Shown: in pieces, positions 40,123-50,071 of the stretch | Layout: every line of letters starts with the position of its first letter | Numbering within the stretch: the stretch's first letter is position 1 | Assembly: GCA_963749705.1 (NCBI GenBank) | Contig: CAVVNQ010000003.1 | Span: forward strand, 288,001 to 352,000 | Direction of reading: 5' to 3' | DNA: 64,000 nt | Source: an uncultured Chloroflexia bacterium | GTDB taxonomy: Bacteria; Chloroflexota; Limnocylindria; Limnocylindrales; CSP1-4 | Made by a program: the position numbers and the translations under genes | Notes under the pieces: generated by a model | Seen by the model: only the letters and a program-made list of their open reading frames with translations | Told to the model about the DNA's origin: nothing | Database searches by the model: none

Positions 40123-41133
40123 TCAGTCCCCGTAGCCCGCCGGGTGCGCCCGCCGCCACGCCCACGCTGACCCGATCATCTCCTCGAGGGTCGACCGTGC
40201 CGGCGCCCAGCCGAGCTCCCGCCGCGCCCGCTCGCTCGAGGCGACCAGGGCTGGCGGATCCCCCGGGCGCCTGGGCCCGATCGTGTGCGGGATGGCGGCG
40301 CGAACGACGGCCTCTGCCGCCCGTATCACCTCGAGCACGGAGAACCCGGTCGACGTGCCGAGGTTCGCGATCAGCGGCGCGCATGGACCGGACCCGGGTC
40401 CGGTCCTCGAGTCCGCGGGCGACGTGGCTTCGAGGGCGGCGAGGTGCGCGTCCGCCAGGTCCGCGACGTGGATGTAGTCGCGGATCGGCGTCCCGTCGGG
40501 CGTGGGGTAGTCGTCCCCGTACAGCGTGAGCCGTGGCCCACCCGCCGCGGCCCGGAGCAGGTTCGGGATCAGGTGCGTCTCCGGCCGGTGGACCTCGCCC
40601 AGTCGCTCGGTTGCGCCGGCGACGTTGAAGTAGCGAAGGATCACGCTGCGCACGCCGTACGCCTGCCCGTACCAGTGCAGCGCCCCCTCGAACGTCCGCT
40701 TGGTCTCGCCGTACGTGTTGATCGGGCGGAGCGGCGCATCCTCGAGGATGGGCGTCGCATCGGGGATGCCGTAGACCGCGGCGGTCGACGAGAACACGAT
40801 CCGGCGTACCCCGACGGCACGGGCGGCCTCGAGCAGCGCGACGCCGCCGGCCACGTTGTCGCGGTAGTACTTCGCGGGATCCGCGACGCTCTCGCCGACC
40901 AGGGAGCGCGCCGCGCAGTGGAGGATGGCATCGATGCCCTCCGACTCCAGCAGCGTCCGCATGGCGGCTTCGTCGGCGTAGGAACCGACGACGGTCCGGG
41001 CGTCGGGGTGAACGCTGGCCGCGTGGCCGGTGGTCAGGTCGTCGAGGACGACGACGCCATGACCCGCGGCGATGATCGTGTCGACGGACACGCCGCCGAC
41101 GTAGCCCGCACCACCGGTGACCAGGACCTTCAT
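40123..41133 (-). CDS. galE: UDP-glucose 4-epimerase
   Basis: VTGGAGYVG, FSSTAAVYG, YGETK, LRYFNVAGA, RDYIHV. Confidence 0.94.
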   Translation of the reverse strand: MKVLVTGGAGYVGGVSVDTIIAAGHGVVVLDDLTTGHAASVHPDARTVVGSYADEAAMRTLLESEGIDAILHCAARSLVGESVADPAKYYRDNVAGGVALLEAARAVGVRRIVFSSTAAVYGIPDATPILEDAPLRPINTYGETKRTFEGALHWYGQAYGVRSVILRYFNVAGATERLGEVHRPETHLIPNLLRAAAGGPRLTLYGDDYPTPDGTPIRDYIHVADLADAHLAALEATSPADSRTGPGSGPCAPLIANLGTSTGFSVLEVIRAAEAVVRAAIPHTIGPRRPGDPPALVASSERARRELGWAPARSTLEEMIGSAWAWRRAHPAGYGD

Positions 41134-41807
41134 GTGCGATTCCTCCGAAGGAGCCGGTCGAGCAGGGAGCGACGGCGCGCGGGCGGCGGTGGCTCGATCT
41201 CGGGCTCGGTCACGGCCCACGGTCGGAGCGTGCCGAGCGGCTCGACGACGCGGGGCTCGGGCGCATGCGCTGGCTCGGGCTTGGACGGCGACGCAGGTTC
41301 GGGCGGCGGCTCCGGTTCGGGCTCAGGAGCCGGGCGAGCCGGGGGTTCGGGTTCATTCTCACGCACGGGCTCAGCCTCACGCACGGGCTCAGGCTCTGGC
41401 GCGGGTTGGGGAGCCGGCATGGGTTGGGGAGCCGGCACGGGCTCGGATACAGGCTGGCGCGCGGGCGCGGGTTGCGGCGGGGCGGACCTGGCGGGAGCCG
41501 GCGTGCTGGCGGGCACACCGGCAAGGTTGACGACGGATCCTCCCGGGCTGCCGCGGTAGGGAGTGAGCTCCTCGAGCCGGCGCACGAGCCGGTTCGCGGC
41601 GACGTTCTCGGGATCGATCTGCAGCGCCTGCCGGGCACGCCGGTAGGCCTCCGCGTCGTCCGAATGCTCGAGCGCGACGCGGGCGAGCCCGACGACGGCG
41701 ATCGAGTTGCGCGGGTCGGCGGCGATCGCCTGGCGGTACAGCCGCTCCGCCTGGTCCACGAGGCCAAGGGCCAGCGCCCGCTCGGCCTGCAGCAGCAGCT
41801 CGATCAT
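41130..41807 (-). CDS. TPR protein with Pro/Glu-rich tail
   Basis: Two TPR-like units (AERLYRQAIAADP; ARQALQIDPEN) then EPEP/PAPQP repeats. Confidence 0.78.
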   Translation of the reverse strand: MIELLLQAERALALGLVDQAERLYRQAIAADPRNSIAVVGLARVALEHSDDAEAYRRARQALQIDPENVAANRLVRRLEELTPYRGSPGGSVVNLAGVPASTPAPARSAPPQPAPARQPVSEPVPAPQPMPAPQPAPEPEPVREAEPVRENEPEPPARPAPEPEPEPPPEPASPSKPEPAHAPEPRVVEPLGTLRPWAVTEPEIEPPPPARRRSLLDRLLRRNRT

Positions 41808-43183
41808 GCATCACCCATGTCGGCAAGCATGCCCTGTGCGAGCAGCATCAGCGTCGCGCGATCGTTGAGCGCTGGGTCCGCGATCACGTGCTCGACGAGC
41901 GCCTCGAGGATCCCGCCCAGCCTCGGGCCGGGTTGGAGGCCCAGCTCCCGCATCAGTTCGCTGCCGTCGACGGCGAGGGCGTGCCGATCGAGCACGACCC
42001 GGGCGGTGATCTCCGCGTCGATGCGCGCCCGGAACGCGGCAAGGCCGGGGTCGTCCGGGGGCACGCCGCTGCCGATGTCGTCCGCGTGGCGGAGGGCGAA
42101 CAGGGCATCGATGTTGTCGCGGCCGATGCGCTTGATGAACCGGCGGACCGCGTAGTCCGACGCCTCCGGGTCGACCGTGAACATGTGCTGCCGGACGAGG
42201 TGCACCACCTCGTCCATGGCCGCACGCGGCACCCGGAGCTTCCGGAGCAGGCCCTCCGCGAGCCGTGCGCCGACCGCGTCGTGGTGGTGGAAATGTCCGT
42301 CGGCGAGCGTGGCCGGCTTGCCGATGTCGTGGAGCAGTGCCGCGAGCCGGACGATCGGCCGGTCCGCGGGTGCGGCGTCGACGGCCCGCAGCGTGTGGTC
42401 CCAGAGATCCTCGCCGGGGATCTTGTTCTGGGGGATGCCGGGCTGCCTCGCGAGGTCGGGCGAGATGACCGTCAGCAGCCCCGTCTCGAGCAGGAGGCGA
42501 AGGCCGATCGACGGGACGGGGGCGACCAGCATCCGGCCCAGCTCGGCGCCCACGCGCTCGCCTGACAGGTGGGCGACGAGGCCGGCATTGGCCCGGATCG
42601 CCGTCAGCGTCGCGGGCTCCACCTCGAAGCCGAGCGACGCCGCGAGACGGACGGCCCGGACCATTCGCAGCGCATCCTCACGGAACCGTGCGTCGGGATC
42701 GCCGACGGCCCGGAGCATCCGGGCGGCCAGGTCCGATCGCCCTCCGAACGGGTCGACCAGTCGGTTCGGCCCCTCGTCCGCCGGGCCGCGGCCCCAGGCG
42801 AGCGCATTGACGGTGAAGTCGCGCCTGGCGAGGTCCACCTCGATGTCGTCCCCGAACTCCACCCGGTGCGGCCGCCGGAAGTCGGCGTAGTCGTGCTCGG
42901 TACGGAACGTCGTGATCTCGTACACGGCGTCGTCCCGGCGCACCGCGACGGTGCCGAACCGGTTCTCGTACACCGAGCCCGGGAACAGGGCGACGATCCG
43001 ATCCGGACGGGCATCCGTGGCCATGTCCCAGTCGGCGGGCTCGCGCCCCAGCAGCACGTCCCGCAGCGACCCTCCGACGACGTAGGCTGCGTACCCGGCC
43101 GCGTGCAGGTCCTCGATGATCCCGATGACCGCGGGCGGCATGACGCTCGCGAGCCGCTCGCCCGCGTCGTCCGGGGCGGTCAC
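41804..43183 (-). CDS. cca: CCA tRNA nucleotidyltransferase with HD domain
   Basis: VGGSLRD, DWD, EITTFR, RRDFTVNA, EDALRMVR, LLHDIGK. Confidence 0.9.
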   Translation of the reverse strand: MTAPDDAGERLASVMPPAVIGIIEDLHAAGYAAYVVGGSLRDVLLGREPADWDMATDARPDRIVALFPGSVYENRFGTVAVRRDDAVYEITTFRTEHDYADFRRPHRVEFGDDIEVDLARRDFTVNALAWGRGPADEGPNRLVDPFGGRSDLAARMLRAVGDPDARFREDALRMVRAVRLAASLGFEVEPATLTAIRANAGLVAHLSGERVGAELGRMLVAPVPSIGLRLLLETGLLTVISPDLARQPGIPQNKIPGEDLWDHTLRAVDAAPADRPIVRLAALLHDIGKPATLADGHFHHHDAVGARLAEGLLRKLRVPRAAMDEVVHLVRQHMFTVDPEASDYAVRRFIKRIGRDNIDALFALRHADDIGSGVPPDDPGLAAFRARIDAEITARVVLDRHALAVDGSELMRELGLQPGPRLGGILEALVEHVIADPALNDRATLMLLAQGMLADMGDA

Positions 43184-43190
43184 CGGACCC

Positions 43191-43706
43191 TCAGCTTCGG
43201 CCGAGGAAGAGGTACGTCCGCCAGGCCTCGTTCCGATCGTCGTCGAGATACGGCGTGAACAGCGAGTAGAGGTCGCTGCGCGGCTCGAACGGCAGGCGCA
43301 CGAGCTTGAGCCTGGCCTCCTCAGGGGTTCGACCGCCCTTCCGGTGGTTGCAGGCCTTGCATGCCGCAACGAGGTTGTCCCACGAGTGAGCCCCGCCGCG
43401 ATGCCGGGGCATCACGTGATCCAGGGTCAGGTCGTGTGCCTGGCGACCGCAGTACTGGCAGGTGTGCCGGTCGCGCGAGAAGATCTCGCGCCGGGTCAGC
43501 TTGACCCTCGGTCTGGGCCGCCGGATGTGGTGCTGGAGCCGGATGACCGAGGGCGCCTTGTAGACCTCGCGCACCGTCCGGATCTCGGCATGGTTGTACT
43601 CGATGACCTCGGCCTTGAAGCCGAAGAGCAGCCGGAACGCCCGCGGGATGTTGCAGACGTTCAGCGGCTCGTAGTTCTGGTTCAGCACGAGCACGACGCC
43701 GTCCAT
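43191..43706 (-). CDS. HNH endonuclease (McrA-like)
   Basis: VLVLNQNYEPL, RDRHTCQYCG, TLDHVMP, WDNLVAACKACN. Confidence 0.92.
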   Translation of the reverse strand: MDGVVLVLNQNYEPLNVCNIPRAFRLLFGFKAEVIEYNHAEIRTVREVYKAPSVIRLQHHIRRPRPRVKLTRREIFSRDRHTCQYCGRQAHDLTLDHVMPRHRGGAHSWDNLVAACKACNHRKGGRTPEEARLKLVRLPFEPRSDLYSLFTPYLDDDRNEAWRTYLFLGRS

Positions 43707-43779
43707 CGGCCGAACGATAGCAGGACGGTCGGGAGGGGCAGCGGGGCTCGAAACCGAGGTCTTGGCGGCTGCCTCCTCG

Positions 43780-43983
43780 TCAACCCCGGGGCGGGTTCAT
43801 GGCGCGCTCGACGCGCGCGATCTCGACCTCGATCCGACCCACGTCGGCGCTCGCGGCCGCCCATTCGGGACCGCCCAGCGGAGCGCGGTTCCGGCGTGCC
43901 CGAGCCTCGGCGTGCTGCTCGAGGAGCTGTTCGCGTGTCATCGCCGGGGCGGGGTCGCCGGCCTTGGCGTTGTTGGCCATCAT
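43780..43983 (-). CDS. Small hypothetical helical protein
   Basis: 67-aa ORF with GGAGG RBS (REQLL..HAEARARRN...IEVEIARVER). Confidence 0.65.
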   Translation of the reverse strand: MMANNAKAGDPAPAMTREQLLEQHAEARARRNRAPLGGPEWAAASADVGRIEVEIARVERAMNPPRG

Positions 43984-44057
43984 TCCTCCGGATTGCTGGC
44001 GGAAGCGTAGCGCGATGCGCGCCGGCGTGGCGCCACGGCCAGCGTCCGCTGCCGCGG

Positions 44058-45323
44058 TCAGCCGGGTGTGGCGACCCGGACCGCCATTCCCGGCGCGACC
44101 GGTCCCTCGCGGAGCACGCGGGCGTACCACCGGGAATCCTCCGGGTGCGCCGTGGGGCTGATCCGACCGATCCGCCGGTCGACGAACCAGTGCGCGATCG
44201 TCTGGCACGGTGCCGCGTGCCCGTGCAGCTCGAGCATCGCCCCGTGCTCGTCGTCGCCGATGACCAACCGATCGCCGCCGTGCAGCAGCGACCAGTCGAT
44301 CCCCAGCAGGGTCAGGTTCTCGCCGTACGCGCCGGGGAAGGCGGCGTGGCCGTCGGCGCGCACGCGCTCGATCGCCTCCTGCGAGTACAGCGACACGGCC
44401 TGATCGGGGCCGCCGTGAACGGGTTCCGGTTCGTTGTGCCCGTCGCCCTCGAGGCCCAGCCGGACAATTCGCGCACCGTCCACCGGTGGCTTGGGCACCC
44501 CGCCGGCATTCACGTTGACCGAGGCGACGATCCCCGTCGTCGACGGTGCGGGGGATCGCCGATCGGCCCACATGATCTCGGTCGTGTACGGCAGGTCGAT
44601 CGACGCATGGCCGGCGGTGGCCGGATCCCGGGCCAGCAGCGCGGCCACCTCGGCCAGGATCGCGGCACGCGCCGCGGGCTCCGCGGCTGCGATGTAGCTG
44701 ACCGAGGCGACCCGGTCCACCACCGCCTGGGGCGTGAGCGCGTGCACGTGCCGGAACATCGCCACGTCGAACGGCGCGAACAGCGCGCACCGGGCCAGCG
44801 CATCACGCCAGGTTCGATGCCACGCCTGCGGCTCGTCCCGGATCAGCCGGTGGGTCAGCTCGCCCAGCTCCTTGACCCAGGGCACCGTCTCGTCGCGGAA
44901 GTTCCAGGCCAGCAGCAGCCGCCCGCCGGGCCGCAGGACCCGGTGGATCTCGGACAGCGCCCGGATCGCGTCGAACCAGTGGAACGCCTGGGCCGCGACG
45001 ACGGCATCGACCGACGACGCCTCCAGCGGGATCGACTCGGCTGTCCCGCCGATGAGCTCCACGCCCGGGGCGACCGCCGCCAGCTTCGCGCGCATCGCCT
45101 CGACCGGCTCGAGCGCCAGCACGCGCGCGCCGCTCGGAACCAGCAGCCGGGTCAGCTTGCCGGTCCCGGCGCCGAGCTCGAGCACGCTGCGGCCGGGCCG
45201 AAGGTCGAGCCGGTCGGCGATCGTCGCGACCGCATCCGCAGGGTATGGGGGTCGCGCGCGCTCGTACGCATCCGCGGCCGCGTCGAACCCCCGCGCGGCG
45301 ATGTCATGCACGGTCTCGGTCAT
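44058..45323 (-). CDS. Class I SAM methyltransferase fused to MOSC domain
   Basis: VLELGAGTGK, AQAFHWF, LRPGG; then GGVPK, GLEGD, HGG..QAV, GENL, PC. Confidence 0.85.
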   Translation of the reverse strand: MTETVHDIAARGFDAAADAYERARPPYPADAVATIADRLDLRPGRSVLELGAGTGKLTRLLVPSGARVLALEPVEAMRAKLAAVAPGVELIGGTAESIPLEASSVDAVVAAQAFHWFDAIRALSEIHRVLRPGGRLLLAWNFRDETVPWVKELGELTHRLIRDEPQAWHRTWRDALARCALFAPFDVAMFRHVHALTPQAVVDRVASVSYIAAAEPAARAAILAEVAALLARDPATAGHASIDLPYTTEIMWADRRSPAPSTTGIVASVNVNAGGVPKPPVDGARIVRLGLEGDGHNEPEPVHGGPDQAVSLYSQEAIERVRADGHAAFPGAYGENLTLLGIDWSLLHGGDRLVIGDDEHGAMLELHGHAAPCQTIAHWFVDRRIGRISPTAHPEDSRWYARVLREGPVAPGMAVRVATPG

Positions 45324-45332
45324 CGCCGGATG

Positions 45333-46397
45333 CTAGTCCAGCGCCGCGTAGACCGCCTGGGCGACCCGCTCGATCGGCGAGGGATCGAAGCCCCACACGC
45401 CGGTCAGGTAGACGAACACGAGGTCGTGCTCGGGGTCGATCCACAGGCGGGTGCCCGACCCTCCGCCGTGGCCGAACGCGCGGCGGGAGCCCGGATCATC
45501 CGCGCCCGGCTTGCCCCACGCGAGCGCGTAGTGACGAGATCGTAGGCGGTCAGCGGCGGCTCCGAGCCCGTCCCCCGTCACCTCGCGGGTCATCAGCTGG
45601 AGCTGGGCGCGGGGCAGGATCCGCACCCCATCAAGCTCGCCGCCGCGCAGCATCGCCCGACCGAACCGGAGAAGGTCCGACGCCGAGCTCCACAACCCCC
45701 CGCCGGCCAGCTGCAGGGCGATGAACCGGTCCATCTTCGGATCGGTTGCCGGGTCCAGCACAGGGAGCTCCGGGTCCCACGGCCCGATCCGGATCGGCGC
45801 CATCCGCGCGGCCAGCACGGGACGCGGATCGAACATCGTGGACGTCATGCCGAGCGGGTCGAGCAATCGCCGGTGCAGCGCAACCTCGAACGGGACGCCG
45901 TCCAATCGGGCGACGGCTTCCGCGAGCAGGTTGAACGTGGTGGTGGTGTAGCTGAACGCTGTGCCCGGTGGGGCGGCACGATCGGCCGCGATCGCCTCGC
46001 GGAGCACGTCCTCGACGTCATCGCCGCGTCCGATCATCTGCTCGATGTCGATATCGACCATCCCGCTCGTGTGGCTCATCAGGTGCCACGCCGTCACCGG
46101 TTCGGCATCCGGGATCGCGAGCTCGGGGATCACCGCCTCCAGCGGCGCGCCGAGCGTCAGGCGGCCCTCGGCGACCAGCTGCATGATCGTGGTGGCGACC
46201 ATCGGCTTGGTGATCGAGGCGATGAGGCACACGGCGTCGCTCCCGATCCGGGGCATGCCGGACCGCGACGCCGCCTCGAGCCGAACGACGCCCGTGCCGG
46301 TCGCGACGCCCAGGATCACGAACGGAGCAATGCCGTCGGCAACCTGGTCGCGGGCGAGCACGAAGGCCCGGTCGAGGGCACGGGGATCGAGGTCCAT
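45333..46397 (-). CDS. Serine hydrolase, beta-lactamase class C-like
   Basis: ASITK (SxxK), LMSHTSG, PPG..FSY, FGHGG. Confidence 0.88.
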   Translation of the reverse strand: MDLDPRALDRAFVLARDQVADGIAPFVILGVATGTGVVRLEAASRSGMPRIGSDAVCLIASITKPMVATTIMQLVAEGRLTLGAPLEAVIPELAIPDAEPVTAWHLMSHTSGMVDIDIEQMIGRGDDVEDVLREAIAADRAAPPGTAFSYTTTTFNLLAEAVARLDGVPFEVALHRRLLDPLGMTSTMFDPRPVLAARMAPIRIGPWDPELPVLDPATDPKMDRFIALQLAGGGLWSSASDLLRFGRAMLRGGELDGVRILPRAQLQLMTREVTGDGLGAAADRLRSRHYALAWGKPGADDPGSRRAFGHGGGSGTRLWIDPEHDLVFVYLTGVWGFDPSPIERVAQAVYAALD

Positions 46398-46520
46398 GGC
46401 ACCCAACCATAGCGGCGTCGAGATCGGCAGGGAAGCCGGCTCGCCGCTCGGTGGCAGGCTCGACCAGGAAAATCGGCTAGCCTGCAGGTGCAGGTTTCCG
46501 AAGCGGAGTAGCATGCCGAC

Positions 46521-47264
46521 GTGACCGACGCCGCTCCCGATCTCGTTGCCGACCGCCTCCCGGCCTCGCCCATGGCCGAGGAGATCCGGCTTCGCCTCGC
46601 GGACGCGTGGGGCGAGATGGGGGCGGCCTGGGGTGTCGCGCCCGCGATCGCGCGGGTCCACGCCTATCTGATGGCGCGCGGCGGGCCGCTGACGGAGCGC
46701 GAGGTGCGCGAGGCGCTCAACCTGAGCCATCGCGCCGCGAGCCTGGCGCTCGCCGAGGCCGAGGCGTGGGGTCTGGTCGAGCGCGTCCCGGAGCTGCGCC
46801 GCGTCGGCAGACGCGGCCCGGCGGGCACTGCCTACATGGCCGTCGGCGACCATTGGCGCTGGTTCGGCCGCGTCGTCGCCGAGCGCAAGGTGCGCGAGGG
46901 CGACCCGATCATCGTGGTCCTCGAGGCCACGCTCGCAGACGCGGGCGTCGCCCTGATGCAGCACCCGGGCGATCGGGACCTCATCCGCCTCCGCGACTGG
47001 CTGTCGACGTTCCTCGTGTTCGTCAGGCTGTTCGACCGCGCAGTCGGCCTCGTGTCGCGCCTCGAGCCCACCGAGCTCGAGCGCGCGCTGCGGCTGCTGG
47101 GCGAGGTGCCCGACGACACGGTGATGCGCCTGGTCAAGCTGCTGGACGGGCTCCCGGACGACGACGTGCTGGGGCTGGTCGAGGCGCTCAGTCGCCTGTC
47201 GCCCACGTCCGCGCGCCGCGCGACCACGCTCATGTCGGGCGTCGTCCGCACCCTCGTTCGCTAG
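46521..47264 (+). CDS. GbsR/MarR-like winged-helix regulator
   Basis: WGEMGAAWGV...ARVHAYL...LSHRAASLAL....WGLV. Confidence 0.8.
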   Translation: MTDAAPDLVADRLPASPMAEEIRLRLADAWGEMGAAWGVAPAIARVHAYLMARGGPLTEREVREALNLSHRAASLALAEAEAWGLVERVPELRRVGRRGPAGTAYMAVGDHWRWFGRVVAERKVREGDPIIVVLEATLADAGVALMQHPGDRDLIRLRDWLSTFLVFVRLFDRAVGLVSRLEPTELERALRLLGEVPDDTVMRLVKLLDGLPDDDVLGLVEALSRLSPTSARRATTLMSGVVRTLVR

Positions 47265-47387
47265 GGCATTCCCGGTCCTCATGCGATAATCCGGCGGTGA
47301 CGTCGGGCCGAACCTCCTCGAACGGGCGACGACCCCGGGGCAAGCTGGCGGGCCGACCACTCAAGCGTCCTCTCGGAGCCTGACCTC

Positions 47388-48272
47388 ATGACCGAAACCT
47401 CCACCTGGGCCACACGGAAGGGCCTCGCCCAGATGCTCAAGGGCGGCGTCATCATGGACGTCGTCACCCCGGAGCAGGCCAAGATCGCCGAGGATGCCGG
47501 CGCCGTCGCGGTGATGGCGCTGGAGCGCGTCCCGGCTGACATCCGCGCCGCCGGCGGCGTCGCCCGGATGTCGGATCCCGAGATGATCACCGGGATCATG
47601 GACGCGGTCACGATCCCGGTCATGGCCAAGGCCCGGATCGGCCACTTCGTCGAGGCGCAGGTGCTGGAGGCGCTCGGCGTCGACTACATCGACGAGTCCG
47701 AGGTCCTGACGCCGGCCGACGAGACCAACCACATCGACAAGCACGCGTTCAAGGTGCCGTTCGTGTGTGGCTGCCGGAACCTCGGCGAGGCGCTGCGCCG
47801 GATCAACGAGGGCGCGGCGATGATGCGCACCAAGGGCGAGGCCGGAACCGGCAACATCGTCGAGGCGGTTCGGCAGCTGCGCGACGTGCTGGCCGGGATC
47901 CGCCGGCTCCAGGGCATGCGCGAGGACGAGCTGTTCGTCGCCGCCAAGGAGCTCCAGGCGCCATACGAGCTGGTCCGGGAGGTCGCCGCGGCGGGCAAGC
48001 TGCCGGTCGTCAACTTCGTCGCCGGCGGCATCAGCACGCCGTCGGACGCCGCCCTGGTCATGCAGCTCGGCGCGGAGGGCGTGTTCGTGGGCTCCGGGAT
48101 CTTCAAGAGCGAAGATCCGGCGCGGATGGCCAACGCGATCGTCCAGGCGACAACCCATTACCAGGACGCCAAGATCATCGCCGAGGTCTCCAAGGGCCTC
48201 GGAGCGCCGATGCGCGGGCTCGCCATGGAAGCCATTCCGGAGCAGGAGCGGCTCGCGGTCCGCGGTTGGTAG
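47388..48272 (+). CDS. pdxS: PLP synthase subunit PdxS
   Basis: [45 protein letters not shown]. Confidence 0.97.
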   Translation: MTETSTWATRKGLAQMLKGGVIMDVVTPEQAKIAEDAGAVAVMALERVPADIRAAGGVARMSDPEMITGIMDAVTIPVMAKARIGHFVEAQVLEALGVDYIDESEVLTPADETNHIDKHAFKVPFVCGCRNLGEALRRINEGAAMMRTKGEAGTGNIVEAVRQLRDVLAGIRRLQGMREDELFVAAKELQAPYELVREVAAAGKLPVVNFVAGGISTPSDAALVMQLGAEGVFVGSGIFKSEDPARMANAIVQATTHYQDAKIIAEVSKGLGAPMRGLAMEAIPEQERLAVRGW

Positions 48273-48363
48273 TCCTCGCGTCGAGGATGTGCTTGAGCGC
48301 CGCCGCCGTGGCGCCTGGTCCGCGCGCGTCGACATCCCTGACGCGCGCCTGCCCGGTGACGCC

Positions 48364-49002
48364 ATGAGGATCGGGGTCCTCGCCCTGCAGGGGGCGTTCG
48401 CCGAGCATGTCGCCGTGCTGCGCGCGATCGGCGTCGAGCCGGTCGAGGTGCGCCTGCCCGCGCACGTGCGCGAGATCGACGGCCTGATCATCCCGGGCGG
48501 GGAGAGCACGACCATGCGCCACCTGATCGACCGCTGGGGACTCCGCCAGCCGATCCTCGACCTGGCGGCAAGCGGCGCGCCGCTGTTCGGCACCTGTGCC
48601 GGGATGATCGTGCTCGCGCGCGACATCGACGGCGGCGAGCCGGCCGTGCTGCCGCTGCTGGACGTGAGCGTCCGCCGCAACGCCTTCGGCCGCCAGCTCG
48701 ACTCCTTCGAGGCAGAGCTCGACGTGCCGCTGCTCGGCTCGCACCGGGTCCACGGGGTGTTCATCCGGGCGCCCGTCATCGAGCGCGTCGGGCCCGGCGT
48801 GGACGTCATGGGCCGGCTCGACGACGGCCGGATCGTCGCCGTCCGCGAGCACAACGTGATCGCGACGGCGTTCCATCCCGAGCTGGCCGGCGAGACGCGC
48901 TTCCACCGGCTCCTGTCGACGATGGCCGCCGAGCACGCCGAACCGGGCGAGGGTGCGGGCCGCCGGCCCCACCCCACCCGTCGCTCCACGCAGGCCGGGT
49001 GA
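48364..49002 (+). CDS. pdxT: PLP synthase glutaminase PdxT
   Basis: GVLALQG, PGGEST, GTCAG, RNAFGRQ, FHPEL. Confidence 0.96.
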   Translation: MRIGVLALQGAFAEHVAVLRAIGVEPVEVRLPAHVREIDGLIIPGGESTTMRHLIDRWGLRQPILDLAASGAPLFGTCAGMIVLARDIDGGEPAVLPLLDVSVRRNAFGRQLDSFEAELDVPLLGSHRVHGVFIRAPVIERVGPGVDVMGRLDDGRIVAVREHNVIATAFHPELAGETRFHRLLSTMAAEHAEPGEGAGRRPHPTRRSTQAG

Positions 49003-49009
49003 CGGCGAC

Positions 49010-50056
49010 ATGGCACGCAGCTCCGGCAAGGTACGCGCCGCGCGGCTGACGGATCTCGCCGCGCTCGGCGAGCTGTCGAGGCTTGCCCAGGCGGATGGCG
49101 ACGGAACGCGCTCGCTGGGCCTGCCCGTGTCCGGGCCCCCGATCGGCATGTTCAGCCTGTTCCGGCTGCCGCTGGGGGCGTTTCGCCCGCACGACGTGCT
49201 GTACGTGTTCGACCGCGACGGCCACATCGCCGGGCTCCTGCGCGTGGAGCGGGAGAGCCACCGCGACGAGTGGACGGTCGTCGAGCTCGACGCGGTCGGC
49301 GGGCTGGACGCGGGCGATGTCCGGTTCCGCCTCGTGCAGCACCTGCTGCGCGACGGCGCGAAGCGGGGTGCGGTCCGGTTCCATGTCGCGTGCGCGGAGG
49401 CCGATGACAACGTGGAGCTGTTCATGCAGGCCGGGTTCGTGCGCTACGGCGACGAGCGCGTCCTGTACCGGGAGCCGGAGCAGCCGCTGCCGAGCCCGTG
49501 GAGCGACGACGAGGCGCGCGCCGCCCGCATCCGGCCGGCCGTGCCGCTCGACGCCCTGCCGCTCGCCCGGCTGTACGCGTCGGTGACGCCGGCACCGATC
49601 CAGCGCCTCGAGGCGCTCCGGCTGGCCGACTGGGAACGCCAGGGCCGCGAGTGGCGGGTGCCCCGAAGCTCGCTGGCGCCGATCCTGCGCTTCGCGGACG
49701 TCGACGCGTTCGTCATCGACGCCCCGGGTGGCGGAGCGGACGGGACGCAGGTCGACGGGTTCGTCCAGGTCGGCGTTGCCAAGGAGGACCAGCCGCACTA
49801 CCTCAAGCTGCTGGCGCGACCGGGCGCGGATGTCGTGCCGCTGCTGCGCTTTGCGCTGGGCGTGATCGCGGCCCGGTCCGAGGCCGAGCACCGCGGCAAC
49901 CAGGGCATCCTGGCGCCTGTGCGAACCTACGAGCTGCCACTCGACCGGCGGCTCGAGGAGGAGGGCTTCGACACCATCGCGACGGTCACGCTCCTGATGA
50001 AGGAGACCCTTGTCCGTGTCGCCGAGCCGCGCCTCGTGCCGGCTGGCATCAGCTAG
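49010..50056 (+). CDS. Hypothetical protein, probable tandem GNAT fold
   Basis: Two VRAA/IRPA..D starts and two GF-ending halves; co-oriented with pdxT. Confidence 0.65.
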   Translation: MARSSGKVRAARLTDLAALGELSRLAQADGDGTRSLGLPVSGPPIGMFSLFRLPLGAFRPHDVLYVFDRDGHIAGLLRVERESHRDEWTVVELDAVGGLDAGDVRFRLVQHLLRDGAKRGAVRFHVACAEADDNVELFMQAGFVRYGDERVLYREPEQPLPSPWSDDEARAARIRPAVPLDALPLARLYASVTPAPIQRLEALRLADWERQGREWRVPRSSLAPILRFADVDAFVIDAPGGGADGTQVDGFVQVGVAKEDQPHYLKLLARPGADVVPLLRFALGVIAARSEAEHRGNQGILAPVRTYELPLDRRLEEEGFDTIATVTLLMKETLVRVAEPRLVPAGIS

Positions 50057-50071
50057 GGGCCGAACGGAGGA

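Noticed and set aside
41270-41450. Short tandem DNA repeats
   Set aside because: Explained by the Pro/Glu-rich coding tail of the TPR protein
8556-43706. The two HNH genes as a defence or mobile system
   Set aside because: One is an exported DUF1524-type nuclease and the other a common stand-alone HNH beside cca; no methylase, integrase or defence partners nearby
47265-47387. Riboswitch in the pdxS leader
   Set aside because: No recognisable riboswitch consensus or terminator; an Infernal search would be needed
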